A DNA stretch of 64,000 nucleotides from Dipteris shenzhenensis (lineage: Eukaryota), in NCBI GenBank assembly GCA_047967505.1, contig CM106538.1, one strand, 5' to 3'. The position numbers and the translations under genes are program-made. The notes beneath the pieces are model-generated. The model searched no databases and was not told the origin of the DNA. It saw only the letters and a list, made by a program, of their open reading frames with translations. The first letter of the stretch is position 1. Every line of letters starts with the position of its first letter. Shown here piece after piece: positions 13,090-25,404 of the stretch.

Positions 13090-14584
13090 ATAACTGACAA
13101 GAAGATTTGGGTGTCCAAGAAGCAGGAAAAGAGTGCTGAAGCAAATCGATTTGAAGTAGGAGCTTCCGAGGTGGATGTCAGTTTGATTCGGGGCTGGAAA
13201 TTGCTGAGAAGAGCACCAATGTAGCAGTAGATGAACTCGTATTGAAGAAGATGGCTGCTGCTACTGAGAAGAGCATCAATGCAACTATAGGAGACTGCTG
13301 TAGGTAGTAAAACAGCAAGAGGAGATGCCGGAAAGTGCTGGAAATCAGGGCGACCTGAAGTAGAAGCCCCCGGGCTCAAGGGCGACCTCAAAAAGAGGGG
13401 CGAAGTGAAGGCGACCTATTCGGGCTGAAGTCTGAAAATCAGCAACATTGGTTGTCGACCAAGTCCTGGAGAGAGGCGACCTGAAGAAGACTTCCCAGGG
13501 CAGCAAAAAAACTCAAGTTCTTCACGACAACTGACTGAAAAACGAGCTGGAAACTGAAGTGGGCTGAATGTAGGATTGAGAGCAACATGAGGACACGAGA
13601 GAACTTGCCACAAGACGGAAGGCAAGGCTGAATCTCGATTCAAGTGACTGACGCTCTGATACCACTTGAAGGAACACAAATGGAGACAAAAAGTGAACAC
13701 CAGTGAATGGATGTGCTCACACACAAAAGCTCCAACAGATGTTCAATAGATAAGAATACAAAGTACTTGGCATATATAGTGACCAAGTAGAACATAAAAG
13801 TAAACCAAGTACTAGACTAGCCTACAAGGTCATATCTTTGTATATGTCTACATTAACATCTCCAATCATCATTGTTCTCAAGCATGTTTGATGATACCAC
13901 TGATTTTACAATTAAGGTGTAATATCATTTTTTAAGTTGTTTCATTCTTATGGTAAGCATGTGGAAACCCAAGGTGATATAATGGTAGAGGAGCTTGCAA
14001 ACAGAGACGTGGGGGAGAGAGAGGAGGGCAAGGATCAAGTAGAGATGGAGAGGCCAAGGGATCAAGAAGAGGTGAGGTTGAGTCCAGTAGTTCAAAGGAC
14101 GATTAGTAGTAGTTTTGCCATTTTGTATTTATACACCTTCGGCAATTTTACCATTTTGTATCCCATCTTCAAATTATGTACTACCCTCTTTGTTAAAAGA
14201 AAAGTTTGTAATAAGATGTGATGATTTGAGAGTTTTAAAAAATCCTACCTTGGATGGAATGTTATAGCTCTTACCTTGTAATAAAACACTTACGATAGTG
14301 GGACAAAGTGGGGCTGAAACAAGCCCCATTCTGCCCACAATGTTGGCTCTTTCCCACGGCTTCTACATGAAGAACAGGGTGTTCTAGGTATGCAAGGTTC
14401 CAAGGCCTTTTGTCACCTATAGATATATCATTCTCGTTATTTGTAGTATAGGTGTAGCTTAACACATGAGGTCATATTCCAGTGAGAGACGTAGGCTTAA
14501 GTGTTGGAAGAAAACATTGCGCATGCTTGTGTGAAAGGAGTGTTTTTCTTCATGGTCGGGGTAGTGAACGCTTTCTCCTCCATC

Positions 14585-14710
14585 GGGGGTTGAAAGGTTT
14601 AGAAAGAGTTTAAGGGTTTGAAGGAGGTTCAGGGTTTAGAAGGGATTTCAGGGTTCAAAAGCTATTCCAAAGTTCAGAAGAAGTTCCAGGGTTCAAAAGT
14701 AGTTTCAAGA
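14585..14710. repeat. Degenerate ~18-bp minisatellite (AGGGTTYARAA-type)
   Basis: Repeated AGGGTTTAGAA / AGGGTTCAAAA units. Confidence 0.5.
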
Positions 14711-14857
14711 TTAGGAGGATCCAACATTGAGAGTAGAGTACATGGTGAAGAACTTCTCTCCCTTGCAGATCATAGAGGTCAAGGGTTGAGGAACTAATCT
14801 AAGAGATTAAGGGTTTATGGGGAGCATAGGAGTGGGAGAGGAAGAAGGGGTAAGAGC

Positions 14858-14891
<34 letters not shown>

Positions 14892-15886
14892 GAGGAGGAG
14901 GACAAGGAGAGAAGAAGTTGCAAGGTTGGAGGAGAGAAAAGTACATATACTTGACAGGCAATCTGGTTTTTAGGAGTAGCTGCTATTGCAATTGTAGGTT
15001 TGTAGAGACACCTATTTTTCATGCTCCCTCTTGTTTGCTGAAAGCCTAATAATGTAAGACCTAAAGTCTCTTCTTGCTTGTGCGATTTTGTGCAATGTTC
15101 ATTTTGTGCCAACCAAAAGCATTTAGACTTCTAGTCAGCCTATTGCTAACTTTTTGATATTCGGCATGTAGCCTGTGCTATCTGATTGTCCATGTTGTTC
15201 CATGTAATAATTGCTAGTGCTAAATGTTTCTTTGAGCAAATGTAGTGGGAATCACAAACTATGAGACAAATAGAAGCTTAAGCAGAGATCGCAATGTCCG
15301 AAGCTCCTTTGACATGTGTTTGAGGATTACCAGCTTCTGCAAAATGAACACATCCAACAAAATCTCCCTCTCGCTCCACTCAAGATCCACTAGTTTTGTC
15401 AATAAGTCTCCAACAATGCTAGTACCTAATCAAAATCCAGGCACTGACAATATCAATCTGCTAAAATACCATGAAAAAATGGAGGAGGCACTGATGGGAT
15501 ATGCCATGAGAAGCATGATGTGGCAACCATAATAGCTAAGAGACAAGGCATAGGGTAGGGGAGGCAACTCAATCACGATAGGATTTCCAACAATGAGGGT
15601 GGCATGGGCAGCACCAATTTGTTTGCTACCCTCAGTCTATTTCGGGCTGTGTAGTCTTTTGTCTCTCTTTAAGTTTGTGTGATCCATGTAGCAAACCATG
15701 CACTTTCAACAAGGCAATCTTTTCCATACGAATCCCAAGTGCATATTTCCTTCATCGGCTTCCACTAACTCAGGTGGAGAGTGCTGCCTCCATAAATATG
15801 TGGGAAATTTCATGAGAGCCACCTCCTTGGGAACATTCTACACATCCTTTGAAAGCCCAAACCCTCGTTCCAAAATATGTGCCTTA

Positions 15887-16047
15887 AATGCTAGGCTAGA
15901 GCATGGACAAGTGTGAATGCCCTGAATACTAGGCTTCTTGTGTGAAATCTTGGCTAGGCTTCACCCTGAATGCTAGGCTAGAGCATGGACAAGTGTGAAT
16001 GCCATGAATACTAGGATACTTATTTGCAATTTTGGCTAGGCTTCACA
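15887..16047. repeat. ~82-bp tandem duplication
   Basis: AATGCTAGGCTAGAGCATGGACAAGTGTGAATGCC occurs twice, ~82 bp apart. Confidence 0.8.
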
Positions 16048-16439
16048 ACCTGTTTTGCATCAAAGATGCTCCAAATGGCTACTCGAGCAAGTTTTTTTAA
16101 TAGTGCCCATCACTTTTTTAGGTCTCCAAAGAATTGGATAAGCCAAAGGCTCTTTCTTTTTGCACAAATGGAGCCTCTTTCTTCAACAAAAAATGGAGGC
16201 AATCTTCCCAAGTGTTGAGTGATATTCAATGGAAACAAAGAATCGTTAGTGGTAGTATCCATCACAAAGCTGGCTAGATACCCTCCACAAGTGCTTCCAT
16301 GGCATAGACACCCACAAAGAGGCAAATAGTGCTCCTAAGGCATGTTTTATTTTTTGCTTCTAGTAGTTAGATATAATGCAATGTTATTTTAAAAAAAAAC
16401 AAAAGTTGTAAGTTTTGTAGTGTTAAAATCTTGTAGAGC

Positions 16440-16864
16440 ATTGTGATATGTGAGATGAAGGTGGACACAATGGCTTAGAATTTTTTTTGGGAGATGTTGA
16501 ACTAATTGATGAAAATGCATATTGTCCTAATGGTGTAGATTTTCATGGGTTCATTTGTAGATGAGACTATATATGGAAAGGGAGAGGAAATTTGAATGTA
16601 AGGAAGGAGAGAACATGCTTGTTCCACTTCAATGATAGCTTGACAAGGCATACCAATCAATGCATTACTAAGGAATGTCATGGTAGACACATCGAACATT
16701 GTGAAGAATGGAGAAATAAAGAGGACAATAATGACACTACAATACAATACAACAAGATCAAGTTATTTTGGAGATCAGGGGTAGCAAATTCTGATCAAAT
16801 CCAATCATTACACTACCGCAGGTTGATGTGGTGGCATGTTTGCTTCTCTCACAAGGCATCCTAA
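16440..16864 (+). pseudogene. Degenerate transposase-like fragment (MULE/SWIM-associated type)
   Basis: ERTCLFHFNDSLTRHT...FWRSG...LMWWH carries a CxFH motif like the CxxH of MULE-type DDE transposases; recognised from memory, not by search. Confidence 0.45.
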
Positions 16865-17435
16865 TGATAGGATTAAGAGGGCTTAGGATCTCAAGGAAAT
16901 TCTATCATGAGAGGAGATAAAAATTATGAGAAAGATATGTAATCGTCCATCTTAAGAGATTGGACACAAACCTAAAGGGGAAGGAGTATCAAGAGCATAT
17001 CTTTGACAGTCCACGTTGTTCATGCTAGGAATTCACAAGAAGAGCTCACAAGGGAAATTTTGTTACCTAATTGTGCTGGGTCTTGATATGGATATAAACA
17101 TGTGCATTCACGACCTAGAAGTGAATGATGTATTTAAGATCCATAGCCATCCAAGACACTATGCAATCATTTAACATACTCTATTAGAATTATTTGTAGC
17201 ACCATGGAAATTTAGCCTTTTGTGTGTTTCAATTTTGGAATATTTTTGCTTGTTAAAGGATTTTTAATTCTATTAAATAGCACAAGAGAATGCAAGGCTT
17301 CAATTCGATTTGCATGATATGTTTTCCTTCTTACGATTGTGGGGACACACATAGAAAACTCATATGTATGCTTGGGGCATTTTTATTGCCAATAATTTAA
17401 AATAAATGTAATTAATTCAAAGTCTTCAAAGTATG

Positions 17436-20075
17436 TGATGGGATATCTCAAGGTGTATGCCTCAGGCACACCTTATGTTTCTATGTGTGAGTGCTAGAGG
17501 CACAGTTAAGTGCCCACAAGCACAATTAGGTGGTGGAGAGCCACATAGGATGATTGAGAGAATCTAGGAGCAGATTGAGGAGATGATTGTGGAGCTCTGA
17601 AGTCATCAGTGATGTCAGTGAGCATGTATGAGGTGCCTACTTAAGGACCTCACTCTTCTTCATTCTACGAGCAAGTAATGCAAGTATTCTGAGTTTGTGT
17701 CCACTCTTTGCTTTCCTTTCAGCTTACCAACATGGTATCAGAGCCCTTTGATCCCCCTTGAGCCCATTTTTTGCCACATCATCATCTTCTTCTTCATCTT
17801 CTTCTTCACCATCTCTCCCTCTTCTTCCCAAAGTTTGCTTAAGCTTGTTCTCCTCCGGTTCTCAGCCATTTCCCACGTCCTTCCTGCTGGAGATCCACCT
17901 TGAAGGGGCGAACCTCTGGCTAAGAGGAATCAAAGAAAACGTTTCGTCACCATTACACGATTTCCGTCGATTCTTCCTTCTGTGTTTTCTCTCAGCACAC
18001 CTTATCTTCCTCTAATTCCTTTCAGGGGTAGATTCTCCATGGCTTGGGCTATCCTATGCTGAAATCTAAGTAGCAATGGTTGCTTATTCAAGCTGAAAAC
18101 AGAGAAAAACCAGTCAACGTTGGAAAGGCAAGGTATGGAGTTCTGACGCCTTTTTGCACCTCTTCTTCCCAAAGGATATTCTATGGTATAACAGCTCTCT
18201 TTTGCCTTAAAAACCCCCTTTTCCTTTGCTTTGAAGAGTGAGCTACAAGCCCTCCAAGTTCAGCCTTTTAGTTTTGACAGTTTTGGACAAGTTTTTGAAG
18301 ATGATGCTACATAAAATGCTACTCTAGCATTTTTGGTTTTTTGAATCTTTCAATAACTTCAGTACAAGTGTGGCTTCAGTTTTGTTTTGAATTGCTAGAC
18401 CTAGTTTTGATTGGAAAGTATTCATTTTAGCCACTTCTATGAAGCATGCAAGAAGAAGCATCATTGATTGAATATTGGTCACTGGTCTTTGCTACATCAA
18501 GTGCTCATATTTTGGAAGTCTTTCAGTTATTTTTTGCCTTGTAAGAGAGATAGACACTGCCCAATGGTATCATTGCTCTTGCTTTAGGAGATGATTATAT
18601 TCACCATATCTCTGACTTAGAGTCTCCTTCAGAAGCTTGGCAGAAGCTTGACATGATTTTTGGTGCTAGCTCTCACATTTCTAAACTATCACTTAAAATC
18701 TCTTTCTTTGAATTGAAGATGGCTAGTGGTACTACTTTGGCAGCTCATGTCAACTATATGCGGAGTCTTATGACTCAATTAGCTTCTCTCAACTCTCCTA
18801 TTACTCCAGATGATGCTATGGCAGTGTTACTTAAGAGTATGCCTGAAGAATATGATCACATAGTTACCACTTTGAAAAATCTTCCGAATCCTAATCTTGA
18901 AGGTATTATCTGTGCCCTCCAAGAAGAAGAAAGGCATATGGAGCTCAGGAAATGCAATGACACTGTTTATGCTGTAAAAGTCCAGAAGGGCAACTATACC
19001 CCTTGCAATCACTGTGGAAAGACAAATCACCTTTCAAAGGACTGCTTCAAAATTAATCCATGCAAGCACTGTGGCAAGAACAACCATAATGAAAAGTTTT
19101 GCAGAGCCAAAGCAAAGACAGAAAATGCAAATCTACTTTCAGTTGATGAGCCTCCACAAGATGAGGCATCCTTTGAAGATTATGCATTTTAAATCATCTC
19201 TATGTATGCTCTAGATCTCTCTTTTTATGTCAAGGTACTCAGCCTGGATAGTCCTCCAAAATGAATGAAATAAACTATTGTGTTTTTGTGTGTTTTGTAA
19301 ACACCTCTGGTCACCTTATGATGTAGGCCATGTGTATGTTTTGCTCCATGGTACCTCCTGTAGACATTGTGTGCATGTACATGCAGGGGAGATAACCATT
19401 GGAAGGTCTTTTTGTATCCCTTTTGTTTACCTTACACCCATAGGAACCCTTGCTAGCATGAGAACCTAGCCATAGATTTATCCTTGACCACCATGAGATG
19501 GCATGAGAAACTATGAGACTAGATGTATCCTTGACATAGCCTGAGGCATTCCCTTGAGGGGGGGTTTGATGGGATATCTCAAGGTGTATGCCTCAGGCAC
19601 ACCTTATGTTTCTATGTGTGAGTGCTAGAGGCACAATTAGGTGCCCACAAGCACAGTTAGGTGGTGGAGAGCCACCATGAGATGGCATGAGAAACTTGAC
19701 CACCATGAGATGGCATGAGAAACTATGAGACTAGATGTATCCTTGACATAGCCTGAGGCATTCCCTTGAGGGGGGGTTTGATGGGATATCTCAAGGTGTA
19801 TGCCTCAGGCACACCTTATGTTTCTATGTGTGAGTGCTAGAGGCACAATTAGGTGCCCACAAGCACAGTTAGGTGGTGGAGAGCCACATAGGATGATTGA
19901 GAGAATCTAGGAGCAGATTGAGGAGATGATTGTGGAGCTCTGAAGTCACCAGTGATGTCAGTGAGCATGTATGAGGTGCCTACTTAAGGACCTCACTCTT
20001 CTTCATTCTACAAGCAAGTAATGCAAGTATTCTGAGTTTGTGTCCACTCTTTGCTTTCCTTTCAGCTTACCAACA
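17436..20075 (+). mobile_element. Non-autonomous gag-only LTR retrotransposon (TR-GAG-like, Copia-type gag)
   Basis: 297-bp LTRs 17436-17732 and 19779-20075 (TG...CA); PBS 17733-17744; PPT before 19779; TSD GTATG at 17431-17435 and 20076-20080; no pol. Confidence 0.95.
18653..19192 (+). CDS. gag: Copia-type Gag C-terminal part with two CCHC zinc knuckles (N-terminus upstream is degraded)
   Basis: LLKSMPEEYDHIVTTL, LQEEE, CNHCGKTNHLSKDC and CKHCGKNNHNEKFC, acidic tail then stop; upstream HHISDLESPSEAWQKLD is in frame. Confidence 0.8.
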   Translation: MIFGASSHISKLSLKISFFELKMASGTTLAAHVNYMRSLMTQLASLNSPITPDDAMAVLLKSMPEEYDHIVTTLKNLPNPNLEGIICALQEEERHMELRKCNDTVYAVKVQKGNYTPCNHCGKTNHLSKDCFKINPCKHCGKNNHNEKFCRAKAKTENANLLSVDEPPQDEASFEDYAF

Positions 20076-20349
20076 GTATGAAAGCACAAAAGTTGATCAA
20101 TTATGCTCAATCATAGTAGCTTGAGATGAATCTGAATTTTTTAATGGTGCTTCTTGTCGCCCCTTAAAACTCATTATTTGACCATGATTTCATGTGCTCC
20201 AATTTAGGAATGCATAGAATTATTCAGGATTTTTGTGTCTCATTAAGGAAAAAGATAATATTTTTTACACTTTATTTTTCTAAAAATAAGATTCCTTCTT
20301 TATTTTGCAATCGTGTTGTGTGGCTTTTTGAAGAAACTTATTACTTGAG

Positions 20350-20480
20350 CAATGATTTTCTAGGCTCATGATTGAAGTTGTTTTCATGGCATGCCATGAG
20401 CTATGACTTTCTAAGCTCATGAGGAATGATTTTCTAGGCTCATGATTGGAGATTTTTTTCATGGCATGCCATGAGCTATA
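20350..20480. repeat. ~75-bp tandem duplication
   Basis: AATGATTTTCTAGGCTCATGATTG...CATGGCATGCCATGAGCTAT occurs twice. Confidence 0.75.
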
Positions 20481-20599
20481 AAGATCATTCATTAAAAACT
20501 CACAAAACTCGCAAAAACTCTCGCAGAATGCCAAGCCCCAACCACAAGCCCGTATGGAAAGTCGTTTAAAAAGTGTAGCCCTTGGCATTTAAAACATGA

Positions 20600-22920
20600 T
20601 ACAGGGGCATTTGTTGCGCCCTTATATAGGCATTCACTTACCCTATGTGGACCTTGACACGTATAGCATTGGATCGGGGGCCTTCATGCCAAGGAATTCA
20701 TGTCTCTTGCCCTCGAGGCCACAGGTGATGTCTAATATTGGTCCTCATGTAAAAGGTAGTGACTTATGATGCCACTTCCCTCCTTGTTAGGGTAATAGTT
20801 GGGATGTTTGTGGTTGACAGGCTCTTCCCAATAATTAGGTAGTTCTTCTACCAATACTTGGTTGACCCGAGGAATACGAGGTGGGGGCGGTTGTGAACCT
20901 AGTATGGGTGATAGTAATGGAGCATGTTGTGCCCTATATTTCCCTGGATAGAGGGGCTCCTTGCACATTCATCAAGTTGGGTGTGGCCATCAAGGCTAGT
21001 TGGGACCTCGATTGGTAGATCGGTTGGGCAAGGACCTCTAGAAATCGACATTAAGAGGTGTTGTGGTTCCCCCATCTATAGCAATGTGCACGATAGAGGG
21101 CTTGCCTTGCTTTGAGGTGGGGGCACTCATTTAAAGGGTGATTGCCATTTCATACCCCACACCAAACATTCTCTTCTCGGGAATAAGTGGGGGTTAGTTG
21201 ATGTTTTGTTGGAGTTTATGTGTTCCACTACCGGCCCAATTGATTCAGTAGACTATTGGCCAACTCGTCGATATCTAGACCCTTAGACTCTTTGAAGGAT
21301 TTAAAAGATTTTCATGCAAAGCAATTGAACTCACATGAAATATCGAGGTACAGTGAATGTAAAGCTTTTATGAAAAAACTCTCAATATATGTATTGCTTG
21401 AATTTAAAAGAAACTAGAGGCCTCCATGCATCCCTATGGGGTTTGTTGTGGAGGCTTACAATTACTATCTAATAGCCACATAGGCTTACAAGGTTGTTGA
21501 AAAGGGAGGCGGCACACAGTTGTATCCTTTCGATCATGAGCTGACTTGGGAGAAGAGTACCTGAAGGTGACAAAAGGTCACCTCTAAAGAGCCATGTAGA
21601 AGACTGCATATAGGTTTGCCAATTATTTTAATCCCCTCCATCAACCTTAGAGTTGATTATCTCCCCACCCGTCGACCAAAATGGGGAGGAAAAACAAAAA
21701 TTAAGCATTTCCAGATCTCTGGGAGCACCAAATTCTTCACATATTTTCCCAAATCACTCCACGTGGGAGGCTAGATCTCCTTCCCCAAGAAATTTAGTTA
21801 TTAGCTTGGAGGTGGCTATGGGTCGACTCCTAGAGCGATTGGTGTTTCCTGATGGAAATATAGGTACGGTCAGGGGTGGATTAGCCCTCCTTCCTAGTGC
21901 ATCTACCAAAATGTGTATTGCCTCATCCGATAGCACTATTTGGGAATCTTGTGGAGATGGCATTGTTGTAGGCCTAATATGACATGGAGGTAGCCTCAAG
22001 CCTTGCCCTAGTAGCGGGGTCCATTAGTTTTCTAGTACCAAGGTTGGGGCTATGAAGCCGACTCCCTCGAACATCAGAGTTGTAACTGTTGGAGTAAACG
22101 ATCAAGCTCCAAATAGAGAGGGTTACTAAACATCTGCATGAATGCTCCTTGCATTCGTCTATAGGGTTGAACTTGCAAGGGCACATAGCTAGTGGCTTGT
22201 GGCCTAATGGTGGTGAATGTTGGCATAAGGGTTTCCCCCTTGGAATTCTTGTTAGTTTCTAAGGTCGGGGTTTTGTTTTGCAAAGTCCCTCATCCATGGG
22301 TCTTCGTCTTTCATGCACTTTGGGTTAGGGTGCCCCATGAAGACTGTGGGTCTTGAGTCCACAAAAATAGCCTCAATCCTTGCCTGTGGCTCAAGGACTT
22401 GTTGTTACTGGCGTCCCCTTTCCATGGGCACGCTGGCAAAAGGGTTCTCCATTTTTGTTGAATCCGTTCGGCCTAACCATCAAACATGTTGGATATAGTC
22501 CCCCTTAATTTGGGGGCTACGAAAGGAGCAGGGGAATGAGGTGGCACTATGCAGGTGTAGGGGGATTCGGAGGACCCCGGACCAGTGGGTTCTTGCATTT
22601 CCTCATTCAAGCTCTCAGTCTTGTCTAAAGTGGAGGGATTACTACTTCGAGGCCCTAACACTAAGTGAGAGCTAGGAATTGAACTCTCTATTGGAGCTGA
22701 ACCAAAATTGGAGTGAAAGGTGGGTTGCGTGTAATTTGAAATGCTATCCTCAGGTTTGAGCTTCTTGGACAAAATTCTGCCAGACCTCAAGTGCATGTAT
22801 GAGATTCCTACGAAGGTACACCCTACTACAAATTCAATGACATAGTGGTCATTGCATAGCAAGACAATGGAGAATGACAAGGAGCAAATGGTGGAATCCC
22901 CACAAAAGGCCACCAAAAAG
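20600..22920 (-). mobile_element. Highly degraded Ty3/Gypsy (Athila/Tat-like) 5' internal region with gag relic
   Basis: Minus-strand TTTTTGGTGGCCTTTTGTGGGGA (~22896-22919) resembles a tRNA-Asp-type PBS; MHLRSGRIL N-terminal motif; KFLGEGDLASHVE gag-like segment. Confidence 0.5.
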
Positions 22921-23489
22921 TTGGTAGTTGGGTCTAGCTCTCACTTTCAAGATCAAGCACCACTTGGATGATACTACAATGCAAAATGCACTCTTGCTTA
23001 CAAGCTATGAGGTTGCATGCATTTCGTAAGCTACCTTGGTGGACTTGGGCAATGCATATGGAGGCCAAAGAGCAGTCCTAGATCTTGCAAGGCATAGATG
23101 GGCACCTGACACTTGAAGTTCTTATTATTGTGGAATTGGTTGCCATAATTTTTCAGATGCCTTTGGACTCAGTTGCTCTAGTGAAAGCTCCATACAAGTA
23201 CCTTGATGATGCCATGGTGAAGGAATTCGGGGTCCCAACCCATTCAAAAGGGTATTTTCTTGTGAAGAATATAACTATGTAGTAATGCAGTATGCATAAG
23301 CATGCAATCCAGTGAATTGGCTAGTGGTGTTTTATGACAAAATTATGGGTGAAGTTACAATTAAGGACAAAAGGAAAAGTCTAGTCCACACTAAGCTCCA
23401 ATCCATTTTGTTTGTGCTATTTGTTCATATCCCTAATGTACCCTTACCCCAACAATCCGGGTCTCAAAATTGTGCTTGTACATGTGCTA

Positions 23490-23890
23490 GGGAGTGTATG
23501 TGGGCTTTGTATGTGCATTGTGGATGAGTTTCTATGTGTGGGAAAGTGTGAGTGCATGTATGCATCTATGTGTTCATGTGCAGGTGAATATGATTGTGTA
23601 CTCATGTACATGTGTGTTTATGTGTCCTTGCAAGTGTGTGTGTCTAGGTGTGTGTGTATGTGCATCATATCAATGTGCACCTCTGAATGCACATGGGTAG
23701 AATATGTGCACCCATGCACATGAGTATCAATTCCATCTATCTTGCACCATGTCTCTATCTACTATATACATACATACATACATACATGAATGCATATGTA
23801 CGTAGATATGGATGTATGTACTTGCATGTGCATGAGTGCATGCGTGTGTGTGTGTGTGTGTGCATGTGTGTGTGTGCATGTGTGTGATGC
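23490..23890. repeat. (TG)n/(TACA)n degenerate microsatellite field
   Basis: Direct reading. Confidence 0.85.
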
Positions 23891-25145
23891 AGGCTTTACT
23901 AAAAATCAAACTCACACACCACAGCACATGCCACAAAGAAAAGCCAAGAGCTTGATACACCAATTGATTCCCTAACGCCACAATGAAATCGGATCTTATA
24001 GTGGAGCAACAAACAATAACAATAAGTGTTACCACACCCTTGAAATTAGAGGTGCTACAAAAGCTACTATGTGACACTAAAGTGGAATACAATAATTAAA
24101 AACATAGATCAAGGTCATAAGGCAAACTCTTTCAGAAGTAGCAGAGACAACCATACATTCTAGCAGAGAGAGAATGCCACTAACACTTTCTATTGCAATA
24201 AACAAAATCACTTATAACTATTTATTTTTGCAAGTAGACTAGTATGTTTCCAACAAAGGGTCTCCTAGAAAGCTGCCCTTGATCAAAATGGGCACTTTCC
24301 ATAATTTCTACATGCAAGCGACAATTGATATGATTTCTATGGAACTCAAAGTCATATACATAATTAGTTATAGTCAAAGAATCTTTTAATATGTCACTTA
24401 TTTTAATAATGTAATATCTCACCCCTTATAAGTTATCATTAAATTGAAGAACTATTAAGTCAACAAATCCAATTAGGGCATGTTAAAGAGCGATGGACAA
24501 AAGTTGTGGTATATTTTAAGGAAAGTGTTTGCTTTTGCCAATTCTCTATTAAGTAGGTGCTACTTTACCTCCATAATGCTACTTTATCTCCATAATGAGC
24601 ACATTTGTTCATTTAGGCACTGGAACAACAACTTCTTCACAAATAGTTATAGGTCAAACCTGGAGAGTTTGCCCAAGTCCCATTGATTCTTTTAATGAAA
24701 TAGAGAACACCTATGTAGCCCACGTCCTAATGTTTCAGAAGCTTGCCTTTTCCTATAATGTGCATATGATTGTTGCTCACTAATACGTCTCTTGTGGTGA
24801 TGAATTCTGCAATTTTTACATGACATAACGATAAATTGGAGCCAACTCTCCATATCAAAAATTCATGCCAGCAAGACTTTGACTTTACGTCCACAATCGT
24901 GATGATGAAAGGCCTCTTTGATTTCATAAAGAAAAGCTCCTCTCTCTATCCAGAGCATACCCACTCATAATATATTGAGATTGAAACTGCATGTGACATT
25001 TCTACTAATGTTTGTTCATGTTTGTTCTTGCTTTATATAACTTTGGCACAATTCCCCCACATTAGTGGCATCCCAAGAGCGATGGCTCTTACATTCCTCC
25101 CCTTAAGCACTTCTTCCGAGGAAGGAGGGTGATTCTGTCTATTTG

Positions 25146-25146
<1 letters not shown>

Positions 25147-25189
<43 letters not shown>

Positions 25190-25228
25190 CCTCAATCTAT
25201 CTATCTATGTATCTCCCTCCCTCCCTCC

Positions 25229-25272
<44 letters not shown>
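25147..25272. repeat. (CT)n microsatellites
   Basis: Direct reading. Confidence 0.95.
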
Positions 25273-25273
<1 letters not shown>

Positions 25274-25304
25274 CCTCCACTCTCCTTTTGCCTCCTTTTT
25301 TTTA

Positions 25305-25404
25305 NNNNNNNNNNNNNNNNNNNNNNNNNNNNNNNNNNNNNNNNNNNNNNNNNNNNNNNNNNNNNNNNNNNNNNNNNNNNNNNNNNNNNNNNNNNNNNNN
25401 NNNN
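25305..25404. other. Assembly gap (100 N)
   Basis: Run of N; contiguity across it is not guaranteed. Confidence 1.

Larger units (their letters stand above)
9183..13852 (-). mobile_element. Ty1/Copia LTR retrotransposon B (young, integrase core deleted), nested in the terminus of Copia A's 3' LTR
   Basis: LTRs 13667-13852 and 9183-9360 are nearly identical; PBS is the reverse complement of 13653-13664; PPT 9361-9370; 5-bp TSD TTAAC at 9178-9182 and 13853-13857. Confidence 0.97.

Noticed and set aside
14585-14710. Interstitial telomere repeat
   Set aside because: No tandem TTTAGGG run; only a degenerate minisatellite.
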